Position numbers and translations under genes: made by a program. Positions 61,451-64,000 of a stretch of 64,000 nt of DNA are shown piece by piece; position 1 is the stretch's first letter; every line of letters begins with the position of its first letter. Location of the stretch: the NCBI GenBank assembly GCA_029856155.1, contig JAHQWL010000072.1:1-64000 (forward strand), written 5' to 3'. The notes under the pieces are model-generated. The model saw only the letters and a list, made by a program, of their open reading frames with translations, was not told the origin of the DNA and ran no database searches. This DNA is from Promethearchaeia archaeon. Its GTDB lineage: Archaea > Asgardarchaeota > Lokiarchaeia > Sigyniarchaeales > SOKP01.

Positions 61451-63256
61451 ATGACTGAAGTTGATAGTAAGATTATTCGAGCTCCAATTGTTTGTATTCT
61501 TGGTCATATAGACCACGGAAAAACCACTATACTAGATTATATAAGAGGTACAGTTGTACAACAAAGAGAAGCAGCAGGAATTACTCAACATATAGGTGCT
61601 TCTTATTTTCCAACTAAAGACATTAGAGAATTTTTAAGAAAATCTAGACAAGAATTCGCTGAAAAAGAAATTAAACTTCCAGGGATATTAGTTATAGATA
61701 CACCAGGTCATGCTGCTTTCTTGAACCTCCGAAGAAGAGGTGGTGCTGTTGCTGATATCGCAATTTTAGTAATAGATGTCACTGCTGGTACTATGCCTAT
61801 AACGTGGGAATCTGTGCGTATTTTAAAAGAGAGAAAAACACCCTTCGTGATTGCAGCCAATAAAATAGATAGAATTTCTGGATGGAAATCGACTAAAGAT
61901 GCTGATTTTTTAGATTCTTATAATTCTCAAAAGCCTCATGTTAAAGATTTCTTGGATGAGAAGATATTGCAAATAATAGGAAATTTCTTAGAAGAAGGGT
62001 TCAAAGGAATCGATCGCTATGATAAAATAAAAGATTTTACTAAGAAAATTGCAATTATACCGACAAGTGGTAAAACAGGAGAGGGTATTTCAACACTATT
62101 AATGATCTTGATGGGATTAGTTCAGCAATATTTAACCACAAATCTTCGATTCTCTGAGGGGGCTGCTAAAGGTGTTGTGCTTGAAGTTAAAAAGGAAAAA
62201 GGGCAAGGAAAGACCATGGATGTTCTTATATATGATGGCATAATTCATAAAGGAGATGAATTTATAGTAGGAGGGTTAGAAAAACCTATTAAATCGAAAG
62301 CAAGAGCTTTATTAATTCCAAAACCCTTAGATGAAATACGAGACCCTAGACAAAAATTTGATTCTGTTGATGTGATTAGTGCTGCAGCTGGTATTAAAAT
62401 CCTTGCTCCAAATATTGAGGATGTGGTAGCAGGGTCTCCATTCAGAGGTATTACAGATACTTCAGAAGTAGAATCAGTATTTAAGGAAATTGAATCTGAA
62501 GTAGAAAGTATTAGGATAAAAACTGATAAAGCGGGGGTAGTCTTAAAAGCAGATACTTTAGGTTCTCTTGAAGCCCTCGAAAACCACTTTACAAAAAGTG
62601 GTGTAAAAATCAGTATTGCAGATGTTGGACCAATAAAAAAAGAAGATATAATTAATGCTAACATCGTCAAACAATTGGACCCATATTCCGCCGCAGTCTT
62701 AGGTTTTAATGTTCCAATATTACCTGAAGCTAATGAACAAGCAATTAATGATAATATAAGAATTTTTACAAATAATGTTATATATCGTTTACTAGAAGAA
62801 TATATTGAGTATGCAGAAACAAGAAAAGCAGAAGATACTGCTAAAGGGTTAAGTGAACTAATTTTGCCGGCTAAGATGAAAATGTTTCCGGAATTTATAT
62901 TTCGAAATTCAGATCCCGCAGTATTTGGAGTACGTATTGAGGCAGGAACATTATATCCTAAAGTCCCACTAATTACAGACAAAGGCAAAAGAATCAGAAG
63001 GGTACATCAAATTCAAGATAAAGGTCAAACAATTGAGAAAGCCCCTAAAGATTCAGAAGTCGCAATTTCTATCCGTGGCATTGAGATAGGACGAGATTTA
63101 GAAAAAGATGAAACTCTTCATGTCAATATTCCAGAATCTCATGTTAGGCAATTAATGGGAAGATTTATTGATGAATTAACTTTAGATCAAAAACAAGCCT
63201 TAAAAGATTTTATTGATTTGATGCGAAAAATAAACCATCCCTGGTGGGGAATGTAG
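61451..63256 (+). CDS. infB: translation initiation factor aIF5B (IF-2)
   Basis: GHIDHGKT, GITQHIGA, DTPGH, NKID, DTLGSLEA. Confidence 0.98.
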   Translation: MTEVDSKIIRAPIVCILGHIDHGKTTILDYIRGTVVQQREAAGITQHIGASYFPTKDIREFLRKSRQEFAEKEIKLPGILVIDTPGHAAFLNLRRRGGAVADIAILVIDVTAGTMPITWESVRILKERKTPFVIAANKIDRISGWKSTKDADFLDSYNSQKPHVKDFLDEKILQIIGNFLEEGFKGIDRYDKIKDFTKKIAIIPTSGKTGEGISTLLMILMGLVQQYLTTNLRFSEGAAKGVVLEVKKEKGQGKTMDVLIYDGIIHKGDEFIVGGLEKPIKSKARALLIPKPLDEIRDPRQKFDSVDVISAAAGIKILAPNIEDVVAGSPFRGITDTSEVESVFKEIESEVESIRIKTDKAGVVLKADTLGSLEALENHFTKSGVKISIADVGPIKKEDIINANIVKQLDPYSAAVLGFNVPILPEANEQAINDNIRIFTNNVIYRLLEEYIEYAETRKAEDTAKGLSELILPAKMKMFPEFIFRNSDPAVFGVRIEAGTLYPKVPLITDKGKRIRRVHQIQDKGQTIEKAPKDSEVAISIRGIEIGRDLEKDETLHVNIPESHVRQLMGRFIDELTLDQKQALKDFIDLMRKINHPWWGM

Positions 63257-63264
63257 ACAATTTT

Positions 63265-64000
63265 ATGTCCTCAATTAATGAAATCTTTTTCGAAGTGTTA
63301 AAGGAAATTATTCCAACTCAAAAAGAAATAGCTTTAATTAATGGTATAACTGAAAAATTAAAAAATCTATTAACTAATAAAGCAAATGAATTACAAATTA
63401 AATATACAACAATAGAACCTCAAGGTTCAACTGGAATCAAACAAACACAATTAAAAGATGATTTCGATATTGATCTTTTCATAGGTTTAGATTACAACCA
63501 ATATAAACCAAATTATAAAGGTCTAAGCAAAAATAAATTAAAAAAGGAATCCAAAAAAGATTTTTTAAAGTTGTGTAATAATTGGATTCTTCCAAGTTTA
63601 ACCTTACACGAATTTTATAAACCACGTCTTTTATATGCTGAACATCCATATATTACTGTAAATTATCTTTTAGATGATATAAAAGTCAAGATCGATATTG
63701 TTATGTATTTTGAGTTAGATTTGGAATACATTAATAAGAATGGTCCTATTACTGCGGTTGATAGATCTCCATTACATGGCTGTTTTGTTAGAGATGAGTT
63801 AAATTCTACCCAGAAAAATGAAGTAAGGCTTTTAAAGCAGTTCTTTAAATCTTGTTATTGTTATGGTGATAAGAGCCCAGTAGGAAAGGTAGGATTCATA
63901 GGTTATAGCGCAGAACTATTAATTTATTATTTTAAAAACCTAATCAATCTCTTTAAAAATTTTAATAAATTAAATTCAAATCCACTTGATTATTTTAAAA
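63265..64000 (+). CDS. cca: CCA-adding tRNA nucleotidyltransferase (class I), truncated by window end
   Basis: Read directly: MSSINEIFF...QGSTGIKQTQLKDDFDIDLF...YAEHPY...AVDRSPLH...EVRLLKQF. Confidence 0.9.
   Translation, partial: MSSINEIFFEVLKEIIPTQKEIALINGITEKLKNLLTNKANELQIKYTTIEPQGSTGIKQTQLKDDFDIDLFIGLDYNQYKPNYKGLSKNKLKKESKKDFLKLCNNWILPSLTLHEFYKPRLLYAEHPYITVNYLLDDIKVKIDIVMYFELDLEYINKNGPITAVDRSPLHGCFVRDELNSTQKNEVRLLKQFFKSCYCYGDKSPVGKVGFIGYSAELLIYYFKNLINLFKNFNKLNSNPLDYFK

Noticed and set aside
62245-62988. 247-aa minus-strand ORF
   Set aside because: Entirely antisense to aIF5B; S/I/F-rich shadow translation with no motif.
50406-63256. Inteins in RFC-S or aIF5B (common hosts)
   Set aside because: Both have normal lengths and continuous motifs.

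Overview
AT-rich, gene-dense chromosomal window from an archaeon, almost certainly an Asgard lokiarchaeon (Lokiarchaeia/Promethearchaeota). The taxon call is inferred from a tailless archaeal histone, two Ras-superfamily small GTPases, a Loki-type LRR protein, an IPGY-TM-KKK Loki-CTERM-like tail and an STT3-like AglB. Most of the window is information-processing core: split rpoA1/rpoA2, L30e, NusA, S12, S7, L44e, S27e, TFS, RPA14-like, PCNA, PriL, PriS, GINS, Nop10, aIF2-alpha, aEF-1A, RpoL, Csl4, RFC-S, TruA, UvrB/UvrA, aIF5B and CCA. Metabolic genes (ilvC, AcdA-like, pyrB, AOR, enolase) and lineage-specific membrane/zinc-finger proteins are interspersed. No tRNA, rRNA, CRISPR array, transposase or integrase was recognised. 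Most notable: (1) a wHTH + ATP-cone + apparently catalytically dead class III RNR fusion, a candidate dNTP-sensing regulator; (2) an identical 22-bp near-palindromic site exactly 74 bp upstream of two adjacent genes that also share a membrane-hairpin module; (3) several genes whose reading frames appear to need ATA/ATT (non-NUG) starts; (4) an orphan ~2.5-kb ORF inserted in the rpoA2-L30e cluster, preceded by a perfect 66-bp duplication containing an in-frame C-x-x-TGA; (5) tandem 7TM proteins with a TFIIH-p44-like C4C4 RING finger; (6) an AglB with five Ig-like C-terminal repeats. All family calls rest on motif recognition by eye; no searches were run.
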